A stretch of DNA of 64,000 nucleotides, from contig JBKCLO010000032.1 in the NCBI GenBank assembly GCA_046300675.1, positions 26,773-90,772 of the forward strand. The letters are read 5' to 3'. Made by a program: the position numbers and the translations under genes. The notes under the pieces are model-generated. The model worked only from the letters and a program-made list of their open reading frames with translations. It searched no databases and was not told where the DNA came from. Positions 55,693 through 64,000 of this stretch are shown here, piece by piece; the stretch's first letter is position 1; each line of letters begins with the position of its first letter. Origin of the DNA: Ignavibacteria bacterium (GTDB taxonomy: Bacteria > Bacteroidota > Ignavibacteria > Kapaibacteriales > Kapaibacteriaceae).

Positions 55693-56165
55693 ACCTCATA
55701 GACTAACCATCCTATGTTTTGTTACGGGAGGGGGCAAGAAGACGGTTTTCTACCTAAGTGTTAACAGGTAATACACTATCAACATGGGTGTTTTTGGTGT
55801 TTTATAGGGAGTTAGAAGGGTTGCTGTCTTATAGAAAATGTTGTCCAGACGGTTTTCCCCGAAGGTGGTTTTTTGTGGGGGAGAAGTGTCGTAGAAGTTG
55901 TTTTTGTGTTGTGGTTATGTGGAACACAAGAAGTATCTATCAACTTGTTAGAAACGTGTGTGTTGGGATATCCAAGTGTTATAAACCGAGGGTGTTTGAG
56001 TGGAGGAGTAACGATAAGATGAAGATTATATGATAGTTATAAGTGTTTAGAGGGTTTGTGTTTTGCGTTATCCACGTAATTAACACCTCATATACACTAT
56101 ATAGTCTTCTTCTCTTCTCTCAAAGAGAATACACATAATGAATAATGATAGAGAGGTGGGCGATT

Positions 56166-57428
56166 CTAGATTGTATCAAATCCGCAGTATTGTTGCAGAC
56201 ACTCTGGTAGTGCAATGTGTCCGTCTGCTGTTTGATAGTGTTCGAGTAGTGCAACCATGATCCGTGATGTAGCTAGACCACTACCGTTGAGTGTATGAAC
56301 AAACTCTGGTTTGCTTCCTGGATCCTGACGATGACGAATGTTAGCCCGGCGTGACTGGAAGGATTCAAAGTTGGTGCAAGAACTAACTTCAAGCCACCGC
56401 TGCTCGTAGGGTGACCACACTTCCAGATCGTACGTCTTAGAACCTCCGAACGTCATGTCTCCAGTGCACAGAAGAAGTACTCGATACGTTAGGCCTAACT
56501 TCTGAAGAATACGCTCTACAGATTCAACCAATGATTCGAGTTCTTCGTATGATGATTCAGGCTTAACGAATTTGACGAGTTCCACCTTGTTAAACTGATG
56601 AACACGTTGAAAGCCCCGTGTTTCCTTGCCGTGGCTGCCGGCTTCTCGACGAAAACAAGCCGAGTATCCGGCATACTTGATTGGGAGTGATGACGATGGC
56701 AGAATCTCATCACGATGAAAGTTCGTGATAGGAACCTCTGCTGTAGGAATAAGATAGAGATCATCGCGCTCAACGTGATACATGTCTTCCTGGCTTTTAG
56801 GGAGTTGCCCTGTACCCCGGCAAGAGTCTGCATTCACGACAAATGGTGTCATTATCTCCGTGAATCCGTTCTCGTTGGTATTGACATCAAGAAAGAAGTT
56901 GATCAGGGCGCGTTCCAGACGAGCCCCTTTACCTACATAAAAACCAAAGCCAGAGCCTGTAACCTTGGCACCCCGTTCAAAATCAAGTATTCCGAGTTGC
57001 TGTGATATCTCGATATGATCTACCCGATGAGCCCTTTCCTCGCAAGAGCCCTGCCTGCGAACTTCTACGTTGTCGTTGGCATCCTTTCCAACGGGTACAG
57101 TAGGATGAGCGATGTTGGGAATCAACAGCATGATTTCCGATATCTCCACCTCTACAGAGCGAAGCTCGTCATCGAGATCTTTGATCGTATCGCCAACCTC
57201 CCGCATCGCGAGGATCTTTTCGGAGGCATCTCCACCGGTCTTTTTGATCGCGGATATCTCTTGTGAAACACTATTGCGAGTGCTTTTCAGATCCTCAACA
57301 CTTTGAATGATAGTCCGTCTGCGGACATCGAGTTCCAACAAATGGTCTATGTTACTGCCATCATGTTTGTTGATGCAGTTTGTTTTGACAAGGTCAGGGT
57401 TTTCGCGGATGGTTTTGATGTCTATCAT
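56166..57428 (-). CDS. serS: Serine--tRNA ligase
   Basis: N-terminal coiled coil MIDIKTIRENPDLVK. Class II motifs ...FRREAGSHGKETRGFQRVHQFNKVE... and ...TLNGSGLATSRIMVALLE. Confidence 0.96.
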   Translation of the reverse strand: MIDIKTIRENPDLVKTNCINKHDGSNIDHLLELDVRRRTIIQSVEDLKSTRNSVSQEISAIKKTGGDASEKILAMREVGDTIKDLDDELRSVEVEISEIMLLIPNIAHPTVPVGKDANDNVEVRRQGSCEERAHRVDHIEISQQLGILDFERGAKVTGSGFGFYVGKGARLERALINFFLDVNTNENGFTEIMTPFVVNADSCRGTGQLPKSQEDMYHVERDDLYLIPTAEVPITNFHRDEILPSSSLPIKYAGYSACFRREAGSHGKETRGFQRVHQFNKVELVKFVKPESSYEELESLVESVERILQKLGLTYRVLLLCTGDMTFGGSKTYDLEVWSPYEQRWLEVSSCTNFESFQSRRANIRHRQDPGSKPEFVHTLNGSGLATSRIMVALLEHYQTADGHIALPECLQQYCGFDTI

Positions 57429-57506
57429 ACTGCAAAGTTACAAGGACTCATTCGTGATTTCTTCCATCATCGTAGTTTGTCACGTTTTCAAAGGTTCTGG
57501 GTTGTT

Positions 57507-59954
57507 ATGATCATGAAAAACACAATTGCTTTGATCTGCGCGCTCACAGCGTTTACCATCATCGATGTGTTCGCACAGGTGTTGCCTCCTGTAACGGTTG
57601 TAAACAATACAAACCCGTCCCCAGGCGCCCTCTATATATCGCCAAACTCTCGGGTTACCAACCCCCCATATGCCCCAAATCTGATGGTATTGGGAAGCGA
57701 CGGAACCCCTGTGAATTCAAGGTTTATCCCTGAATACGCATTTGATTTTCGGGTGTTAGCAGACGGCCGGCTTGGCTACTCTGTTTTTCAGTCCGCAGGA
57801 AGCGGTGCTAGAGCCTCTTCGAGCATCTACATAGTAGACACAAATCTGGTGGTCGTCGACTCGTTGAAAGGGGCTAATGCATACAACCTTGCAATGCACT
57901 CGTTCGACGTTCTTCCTAATGGTAACCGCCTGGTCGTAATGCAGGAGAATGTTACCATAGACATGAGCTCGATTGTTGCAAAAGGTAATCCGGCCGCCTC
58001 GGTTCAACAGATGCTCCTTCAGGAGATTGATGTTGATGGGAACATCATCTTTCAATGGAGAAGCTTGGACCATTTTCCCGTTACAGTCAGTTACGAGGAT
58101 TTGACAGCACCTTCAATACGATATTTTCATCTCAACGCAGTTACAGTAGACAGAGACGGACATTTTCTGATTAGTGGCAGACACTCCTCTTTGATTGCTA
58201 AGATTCATCGTAAAACAGGTAAGGTGCTCTGGGTGCTCGGTGGTAAACTGAACCAGTTCACCTTCAGCGCGGCCAACGGTATCACGGACGACCCTGTGTT
58301 TTCCTATCAACACGATATCGTGCGACTCCCAAACGGCAACATCTCTATGTTCGATAACGGCACACAACGCACGCCCCAGTGGTCGCGCGCTGTGGAGTAT
58401 CAACTTGATGAGATCAACAAGACGTGCACACTCGTCTGGCAACACAGAAAGTCACCAGATGTTTATGCTGGTGTTCAAGGGGCAGTCCAAACGCTCCCTA
58501 ACGGTAATCGCGTGATCGCCTGGGGCTCGGCTCTCCAGAACAATCAGACACTCGTCACAGAAGTAGATGCATCAAATAAAGAAGTTTATGAAATAGCGCT
58601 TCCGAACATGATGTACCCATACAAGGCCATCAAAGCACCTTATCCTACAGGGCGCAATGCTGCAAGTGTGTTGATCGATGAGATTCTTCCAACAAACACC
58701 TATACATACACGCGTGAGAAAGACACAGTAGGACTTACAGTAACGTACCACACCCTCGTGTCGTTTTTCTATAACACAACAACTGCACGTCGGTACATGT
58801 GGGCTCCAGAGAACCCACGCTTTGAACGAATCATAGATGGCAAACCAGTTCGCACACTTGCTCCATATAGCCTTTATCCTTGCAGGGTTACGCTGACACA
58901 AGAAGGTATGGTGGATCACGCGGGCGAGTTTAGATTTTCGACAGATATGCTTGGTATTACAGACCCGACAAATACTGTGATCTATTACCGCGATACTATT
59001 GGTGTGCGCGCGTTTCGTCCGCTGCAAACCCGTTACAATCCTAACACCCGCGAACTCGTTGCAGACACAGCAATGGCTGGTGAGTTTTGCTTTGGTGTTG
59101 GCGTGAAGGATGATGCAGACAGTATATCGTCACCACGGCTGTTGTCACCTATAGGCGGTCGGTCTGTTGAGCAGCAAAAGAAGTTCAACTTGAGAATTTC
59201 TCCTCAGGGCCAGGCGCAGTATGCTACGTTCGAGCTTCGGCAACCCCAAGGAACACAGATTCTCATAAGTACTGACAAACAAACAGATAAAGAATCCGCG
59301 CCAGGTCTAAATGTTGGAGTGTACTATTGGAGGGCGCGCTCACGTTACGGAACATCCACTTCAGAATGGTCAGCTCTTGATTCGTTCCGCGTAGAAGGAC
59401 CGTTTATATCGATTACAGCCCCATCTTCACAGTCGGTTTGGTATCATGACTCTTCGTACGTCGTTACGTGGAATACAAACATCACTGTGCCGGTAAAACT
59501 TGAACTGGTCAACAACAAGAACCAACCAACCCTGGTTAAAGATAATCTACCGGGTCTGCAGGCTGGTTTTCTTTGGAAGGTTCCCGTAAGTGTTTCGGTG
59601 GATACAGGGTATGTTCTCCGCGTTTCTCCTATGGATACAACGTTGAGCGCACTAACACAGAAAACACAATTCAGTATTGAGATACGCGCCGTGCCAACCT
59701 CAGTTCAAGAGGAAGGTGGCAAACCAACTATTACTCTTGGACCCAACCCAGCGTCAACTATTCTCTATGTTGGTGGTCAAACACCTATTAACCGGATCAT
59801 GCTGTTTGCAGCAGACGGTGCACTGGTTGTAGACCGGGTTGTCCGTGGAACAGGGGATATGTTGGATCTATCTGAGCTTTCTCAGGGATCGTACATCCTT
59901 CGTTGCGATACACCTAGCGGACCCGTACAAAGGGTTGTTGTTGTTGCGCGTTAA
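57507..59954 (+). CDS. Arylsulfotransferase-like (ASST / Arylsulfotran_2) beta-propeller protein with Ig-like modules and a T9SS CTD (816 aa)
   Basis: I chose the ATG at 57507 (MIMKNTIALICALTAFTIIDVFA followed by Q). IRYFHLNAVTVDRDGHFLISGRHSSLIAKIHRKTGKVLWVLGG and FSYQHDIVRLPNGNISMFDNG. C-terminus LGPNPASTILYVGG...GSYILRCDTPSGPVQRVVVVAR. Confidence 0.82.
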   Translation: MIMKNTIALICALTAFTIIDVFAQVLPPVTVVNNTNPSPGALYISPNSRVTNPPYAPNLMVLGSDGTPVNSRFIPEYAFDFRVLADGRLGYSVFQSAGSGARASSSIYIVDTNLVVVDSLKGANAYNLAMHSFDVLPNGNRLVVMQENVTIDMSSIVAKGNPAASVQQMLLQEIDVDGNIIFQWRSLDHFPVTVSYEDLTAPSIRYFHLNAVTVDRDGHFLISGRHSSLIAKIHRKTGKVLWVLGGKLNQFTFSAANGITDDPVFSYQHDIVRLPNGNISMFDNGTQRTPQWSRAVEYQLDEINKTCTLVWQHRKSPDVYAGVQGAVQTLPNGNRVIAWGSALQNNQTLVTEVDASNKEVYEIALPNMMYPYKAIKAPYPTGRNAASVLIDEILPTNTYTYTREKDTVGLTVTYHTLVSFFYNTTTARRYMWAPENPRFERIIDGKPVRTLAPYSLYPCRVTLTQEGMVDHAGEFRFSTDMLGITDPTNTVIYYRDTIGVRAFRPLQTRYNPNTRELVADTAMAGEFCFGVGVKDDADSISSPRLLSPIGGRSVEQQKKFNLRISPQGQAQYATFELRQPQGTQILISTDKQTDKESAPGLNVGVYYWRARSRYGTSTSEWSALDSFRVEGPFISITAPSSQSVWYHDSSYVVTWNTNITVPVKLELVNNKNQPTLVKDNLPGLQAGFLWKVPVSVSVDTGYVLRVSPMDTTLSALTQKTQFSIEIRAVPTSVQEEGGKPTITLGPNPASTILYVGGQTPINRIMLFAADGALVVDRVVRGTGDMLDLSELSQGSYILRCDTPSGPVQRVVVVAR

Positions 59955-61798
59955 CGCAGATAAAGCGCCAGTATAGATACATCAGAGGCAGATACACCAG
60001 GAATGCGGGAGGCTTGACCCAGCGATGCCGGTTGTATGCGTTGAAGCTTTTGTCGAGCCTCGGTTGACAGACTTTGAACACGAGAAAAGTCAAACCCGTT
60101 GGGTATTGACATTTCTTCCTGTTGTTTAAATCGCTCGATGTCTCGGTGAAGTTTGGTGATGTAACCCTCGTATTTAATCTCTGTCTCTACCCGATGCATC
60201 ACGTTAGGGTGTTCGGTAAAGTGTGTATCCGTGGTTTCTGGATATACATTGAGCAGATCTCGCAAGACAACTTTCGGCCTACGCACCAGATTCTGCATCG
60301 ACGTTGTTTCAACAACACCCTCTTCCCCAATAGACTCCAGATACGGATTTGCTAGATCGGGTATAAGCTTCGTGCTGGAAACTTGATCAAGTAGCTCATT
60401 GACAAGCCCATCTTGTCGTTCGATCATGCGCCACATTTCTTCGTCAATCAGACCTAGACCCCGCCCATAACCCGAAAGACGCTTGTAAGCCGTATCGATA
60501 CGCAGCAGGAGCCTATATTCAGCCAGCGAGGTAAAGATGCGATAGGGTTCGTCTGTGCTCTTGTTAACCAGATCGTCTATCAACACACCTATGTATGCTT
60601 CTGATCGTTGCAAGACGAACGAACCCTCCCCTTTAACAGCAAGCGCTGCATTGATACCAGCAATCAATCCTTGTGAAGCAGCCTCTTCGTAGCCCGATGT
60701 ACCATTGATTTGTCCGGCACAAAAAAGGTTCTTGATTGCCTTTGTCTCCAGCCCATGTGTAAGCTGATATGGGTAAAAGAAGTCGTACTCAACAGCATAC
60801 CCGTACCGTAAAACCTTAGCATTCTCCAAACCGGGAACACTATTCAGTCCGGCCTCTTGAACATCAAAAGGTAAACTTGTTGAGAATCCGTTGACATACA
60901 CAGTGTCGGTCGACAGCCCCTCTGGCTCAAGAACCACTACGTGAGAACCTTTGTCAGCGAACCTATCGATCTTATCCTCGATAGACGGACAGTACCGAGG
61001 CCCAGCCCCAATGATCCGACCCGTAAACATAGGGGAGCGTTCAAATCCACCCCTGAGAATGTCGTGCGTCTGCTGTGTCGTGGCAGTTGCAAAGCATGCC
61101 AATTGGTTTCGTACAGAGCTTGTAGTGATTGAGAAAGGAACAGGCTCGTCGTCTCCATTGTGTGGTTGCGTTTTGGAATAGTCTATTGAATCCTTATGGA
61201 TTCGTGGAGGGGTTCCGGTTTTAAGCCTACCCTTTTCGAGCCCATAACTCATCAGAACATCAGAAACACCATTGGCGGCCGATTCGCCCACACGTCCACC
61301 AACAGTCGCTGTCTGCCCGGTCCACATAACCCCATTAAGGAACGTGCCCCCACACAACACAACTGTCCGTGCGCGTATGAGCTCATTTGCAGAGGTGTTA
61401 ACCCCAACAATTGCCCCCTTAACCACCTCCACACCTACAACCTGCTCTCGCAGCACGCAGATGTTTGGGTGGGTCGAGATCACGCGTTGAGCAAATAGGG
61501 GATAGAGATCCTTGTCGTTTTGAGATCTCGGCGACCACACTGCCGGACCCTTGGAGGTGTTCAACATCTTGAACTGAATCCCTGAAGCGTCTGCGATACG
61601 AGGCATGTAACCCCCCAACGCATCAATTTCCTTGGCCAAATGCCCCTTTGCACTTCCTCCAATCGAAGGATTGCATGATAGACGACCTATCGTAGTGGGG
61701 TCCATGGTAACAAGGCCAACTGTAACCCCCATACGTGCAGCTGCCATAGATGCCTCTATGCCGGCGTGACCACCACCAATGACCAATACATCAAACAT
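59951..61798 (-). CDS. mnmG: tRNA uridine 5-carboxymethylaminomethyl modification enzyme MnmG (GidA)
   Basis: FDVLVIGGGHAGIEA FAD-binding N-terminus. GPRYCPSIEDK. C-terminal ...LGQASRIPGVSASDVSILALYL. I chose the ATG at 61798. Confidence 0.96.
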   Translation of the reverse strand: MFDVLVIGGGHAGIEASMAAARMGVTVGLVTMDPTTIGRLSCNPSIGGSAKGHLAKEIDALGGYMPRIADASGIQFKMLNTSKGPAVWSPRSQNDKDLYPLFAQRVISTHPNICVLREQVVGVEVVKGAIVGVNTSANELIRARTVVLCGGTFLNGVMWTGQTATVGGRVGESAANGVSDVLMSYGLEKGRLKTGTPPRIHKDSIDYSKTQPHNGDDEPVPFSITTSSVRNQLACFATATTQQTHDILRGGFERSPMFTGRIIGAGPRYCPSIEDKIDRFADKGSHVVVLEPEGLSTDTVYVNGFSTSLPFDVQEAGLNSVPGLENAKVLRYGYAVEYDFFYPYQLTHGLETKAIKNLFCAGQINGTSGYEEAASQGLIAGINAALAVKGEGSFVLQRSEAYIGVLIDDLVNKSTDEPYRIFTSLAEYRLLLRIDTAYKRLSGYGRGLGLIDEEMWRMIERQDGLVNELLDQVSSTKLIPDLANPYLESIGEEGVVETTSMQNLVRRPKVVLRDLLNVYPETTDTHFTEHPNVMHRVETEIKYEGYITKLHRDIERFKQQEEMSIPNGFDFSRVQSLSTEARQKLQRIQPASLGQASRIPGVSASDVSILALYLR

Positions 61799-61811
61799 GC
61801 TTTTTGTGAAA

Positions 61812-61827
61812 TGTTCCACGTGGAACG
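61812..61827. promoter_or_regulatory. parS-like centromere site (degenerate)
   Basis: TGTTCCACGTGGAACG differs at 2 positions from the ParB-binding consensus TGTTNCACGTGAAACA. The inner 14 nt are a perfect palindrome. It shares the GAAATGTT 5' flank with the second site. Confidence 0.65.
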
Positions 61828-61876
61828 TAGGAAAAGGGTAAATCAACGAAAACCAAACGCACGAGGTAGAAAGAAA

Positions 61877-61892
61877 TGTTTCACGTGAAACA
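61877..61892. promoter_or_regulatory. parS centromere site (perfect consensus palindrome)
   Basis: TGTTTCACGTGAAACA is a 16/16 match to the palindromic parS consensus bound by ParB/Spo0J. It directly abuts the GNAT stop codon and lies 79 nt upstream of the mnmG start. Confidence 0.85.
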
Positions 61893-62420
61893 CTATGCTA
61901 GAAACTTCGTCATCAGATACTCGTCCACATACGTTTCGCCAATCTTCATTGCGTGGATCTCGGTTCCATAAACAGTGAACCCAAGCCTGAGATAGAGTCC
62001 GTAGGAGGCTTGATTTTGTGTGCTAACACTTAACTGAAGTTGTTCAACTTCAAGGACATCCCTTGCCGCCTCTACCAGCGAGTTAACCAAAATAGTGGCG
62101 ATACCTTGCCCCCTATACTCATTCCGAACAAACAACCCCCACAACCGCCCCTTGTGTCGTGTTTTGGTGGATTCGTGGCTGGAGTAGCCTATCATCCCTA
62201 CAATGTTGCCAGACGCATCTACGGCCCCAAGGAGGTATTGGTAGGGGAAGTTCATGTACCTCTCGTAGCGCTGCTCCTTAGAGAGAATAGATAATCCAGC
62301 AAACCATTCATAGTCCGATCCAAAGACCTCTGGAGCCTGAAGCAATGCTGCGCTTTGAATATCGAGGAACTGGTTAAAATCTTCGATCTCGAGTGGTCGG
62401 ATGATTAAATCTGAGCTCAT
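61893..62420 (-). CDS. GNAT family N-acetyltransferase
   Basis: The acetyl-CoA binding block VRNEYRGQGIATILV (Q/RxxGxG/A) sits in a ~175-aa protein. I chose the ATG at 62420, 1 nt after the mnmE stop. Confidence 0.87.
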   Translation of the reverse strand: MSSDLIIRPLEIEDFNQFLDIQSAALLQAPEVFGSDYEWFAGLSILSKEQRYERYMNFPYQYLLGAVDASGNIVGMIGYSSHESTKTRHKGRLWGLFVRNEYRGQGIATILVNSLVEAARDVLEVEQLQLSVSTQNQASYGLYLRLGFTVYGTEIHAMKIGETYVDEYLMTKFLA

Positions 62421-62421
62421 A

Positions 62422-63780
62422 TCACTTTCCAATGCAGAATCGCGAAAAGACGTTATCAAGTACGTCGGGACCCCAAGTTTCTCCTGAAATCTCACCTAAA
62501 AGACGAATACAGGATCTCAGATCAACGGCTAACAGGTCGCTTGATAGTTTTTGATCCATGCCCGCAAGACAAGCGCGCAAGCTGCCCCCAATTCCGCGAA
62601 GCAGCTGTGCTTGTCTGGCGTTAACGAGAACATCAGCAGGAGAGGAGCCATGGGCCTTTGCCAGGCGAACTAAGGTGGACTTTAACGTATCAATCCCGGT
62701 TCCAGAGATAGCCGAGCATGCAACCCAGCTTCCAGGTGCTATCTCGTCAGAATGTACAAGGTCTGACTTGTTTTGTACCAGTAGTTTAGGGGTGTTGGGA
62801 TATTCCTGCTCGAGGGCTTCGAACAACGTCTGTGAGTTGCCAGCCCCCTTACTCACGTCATTGATAACGAGGATAAGATCGCTTTCATTCATAATAGAGG
62901 CCGTTAGCGATATCCCTTGTACCTCAATCATGTCTGCGGATTGCCGCAGACCCGCTGTGTCGACCAAATGGATACTGTATCCATCGATGATAAGTGCTTC
63001 CTGGAGGTAGTCTCTTGTGGTTCCTGCTACATCGCTAACAATTGCACGTTGCCGGGATAGTAAAGCATTGAACAATGAGCTTTTGCCAGCATTGGGGTGG
63101 CCAACAACAGCTACATGAAAGCCCGTTCTGAGAACATCAGCCGAACGCGCAGTGTCGGCCAAAGCATCAACATCGTCCAATACCGACTGAACAAGCGTTC
63201 TCAGGTGTGTTCTATCAACAAACTCAACATCCTCCTCAGAAAAATCAAGCTCTAGTTCGAGAAGACCAATCACCGACAGCAGTTGCTCTCGTATGTCGGA
63301 GAGTCTGCGCGTGAACCCTCCAGAGAGCTGTCGTGCTGCTGTTTGGGCGCCGATCCGCGTCTCTGCATGGATGATGTCGGCCACAGCCTCCACTTGCGTC
63401 AGATCCAACTTTCGGTTGAGAAACGCCCGCTTGGTGAACTCCCCAGCTGCAGCATAACGAGCCCCCTTCTCAATCAATGCTCCAATGATCTGTTCTGTCA
63501 CGAAGGCGCCTCCGTGACAACCAATCTCGATAACATCTTCGCCGGTGTAGGAGTGTGGACCTCGGAAGGTAGAGGCGGTTACAGAATCGATCACTGTATC
63601 TTCGACTCTTACCCACCCATAAAGGATGCGATGCGAGGGGGCTTCTGCGATGGATGAAGCTCCAAAGAATATGGCATCACAAATAGCAAAGCTAGACGGA
63701 CCACTAATACGTATAACAGCCAGCCCAGCCCGTCCGGGAGGGGTAGCCAACGCGCAAATCGTGTCAGAGTTGTTGTTCAT
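62422..63780 (-). CDS. mnmE: tRNA modification GTPase MnmE (TrmE)
   Basis: DTICALATPPGRAGLAVIRISG N-terminus. G-domain GHPNAGKSSLFNAL, DTAGLR and NKSD. Terminal FCIGK motif. I chose the ATG at 63780. Confidence 0.95.
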   Translation of the reverse strand: MNNNSDTICALATPPGRAGLAVIRISGPSSFAICDAIFFGASSIAEAPSHRILYGWVRVEDTVIDSVTASTFRGPHSYTGEDVIEIGCHGGAFVTEQIIGALIEKGARYAAAGEFTKRAFLNRKLDLTQVEAVADIIHAETRIGAQTAARQLSGGFTRRLSDIREQLLSVIGLLELELDFSEEDVEFVDRTHLRTLVQSVLDDVDALADTARSADVLRTGFHVAVVGHPNAGKSSLFNALLSRQRAIVSDVAGTTRDYLQEALIIDGYSIHLVDTAGLRQSADMIEVQGISLTASIMNESDLILVINDVSKGAGNSQTLFEALEQEYPNTPKLLVQNKSDLVHSDEIAPGSWVACSAISGTGIDTLKSTLVRLAKAHGSSPADVLVNARQAQLLRGIGGSLRACLAGMDQKLSSDLLAVDLRSCIRLLGEISGETWGPDVLDNVFSRFCIGK

Positions 63781-63872
63781 GAAGAGGATACAAAATAGAA
63801 AACCGCAACACAAATTCTGGTATTGTTGTAGAACGCAGCTGTCAAAGCCCGTTCATAAACTTATTTAGAATT

Positions 63873-64000
63873 GTGAAAATACACCTATCAATAGTTGACT
63901 CAACAAGTGAGGTTGCAAAGCAACTATTGCAAGACTACCCATTTGTGGTTGTGTCGGCAGACGTACAGACAAAGGGAAGGGGACGAAACGGCAAGCATTG
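63873..64000 (+). CDS. birA: Biotin--[acetyl-CoA-carboxylase] ligase, 5' end (runs off the right window edge)
   Basis: My own translation from the GTG at 63873 gives VKIHLSIVDSTSEVAKQLLQDYPFVVVSADVQTKGRGRNGKHW. This contains the BirA biotin-binding signature Q-T-x-G-R-G-R-x-G-(R/K)-x-W at the position expected for a group I (no HTH) BirA. The start codon is uncertain. Confidence 0.6.
   Translation, partial: MKIHLSIVDSTSEVAKQLLQDYPFVVVSADVQTKGRGRNGKH

Noticed and set aside
55758-56033. The 91-aa ORF inside the long intergenic region.
   Set aside because: It has a non-ATG start and no SD. Its Cys/Arg/Phe/Val-rich composition simply mirrors the G+T-rich DNA. No motif is present. I treat the region as non-coding (see the finding on 55693-56165).
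61812-61892. The two palindromes as a transcription-factor operator (LexA-, Rex- or CRP/FNR-like), or merely as terminator hairpins.
   Set aside because: The half-site order and spacing do not fit the Rex (TGTGAA-N4-TTCACA), CRP, FNR or Gram-positive LexA (GAAC-N4-GTTC) consensus. One site is an exact 16/16 match to the parS consensus, and the location next to mnmG/mnmE is the classical parS neighbourhood. A secondary terminator role is not excluded.
1-64000. A search for CRISPR arrays, IS elements, integrases, prophage genes, toxin-antitoxin pairs, classic defence-system genes, rRNA and tRNA.
   Set aside because: I saw no regularly spaced direct repeats, no transposase, integrase or recombinase motifs, no tRNA-like GGTTCGAATCC arms in intergenic gaps, and no restriction, Cas or abortive-infection signatures. 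Detection by eye is imperfect for short RNAs.

Overview
This is a very compact, almost fully coding chromosomal segment. It holds about 50 CDS, roughly three quarters on the minus strand. I recognised no rRNA, tRNA, CRISPR array, transposase or integrase.

Lineage (inference): an FCB-group bacterium (Bacteroidota/Ignavibacteriota/Chlorobi-like).
- Eight proteins end in type-A T9SS C-terminal sorting domains.
- Most signal peptides are followed by Gln at +1, and a glutaminyl cyclase is encoded.
- Many genes nevertheless carry clear GGAG/GGAGG Shine-Dalgarno sites.

Content:
- Housekeeping genes: guaA, cdd, a mutY-like gene, gatB, serS, rarA, mnmG, mnmE and the 5' end of birA.
- An envelope glycosylation block: a GT4, two GT2 and a methyltransferase.
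- A 14-kb run of five consecutive T9SS cargo genes, including a ~2,330-aa Pmp-repeat giant.
- A branched-chain amino acid / acyl-CoA block: fused E1 alpha/beta, ilvE, a PLP dehydratase and an IcmF-type mutase.
- Peptidases M16 and M42.
- Two ASST-like beta-propeller paralogs flanking serS.

Most noteworthy observations:
1. The T9SS cargo block carries cohesin-like and dockerin-like segments plus a shared unnamed ~130-aa module. It may encode a surface assembly system.
2. An IcmF-type fused mutase is split into two genes, with a translationally coupled DUF4397-like lipoprotein gene between the halves.
3. Two parS sites, one a perfect 16-mer, lie between the GNAT gene and mnmG. This marks the window as origin-proximal.
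4. A 473-bp C-depleted intergenic region has iterated motifs and no assigned function.
5. There is a NYN-cold-shock-domain fusion protein.

All functional calls come from by-eye motif recognition on the supplied translations. No database or profile search was run.
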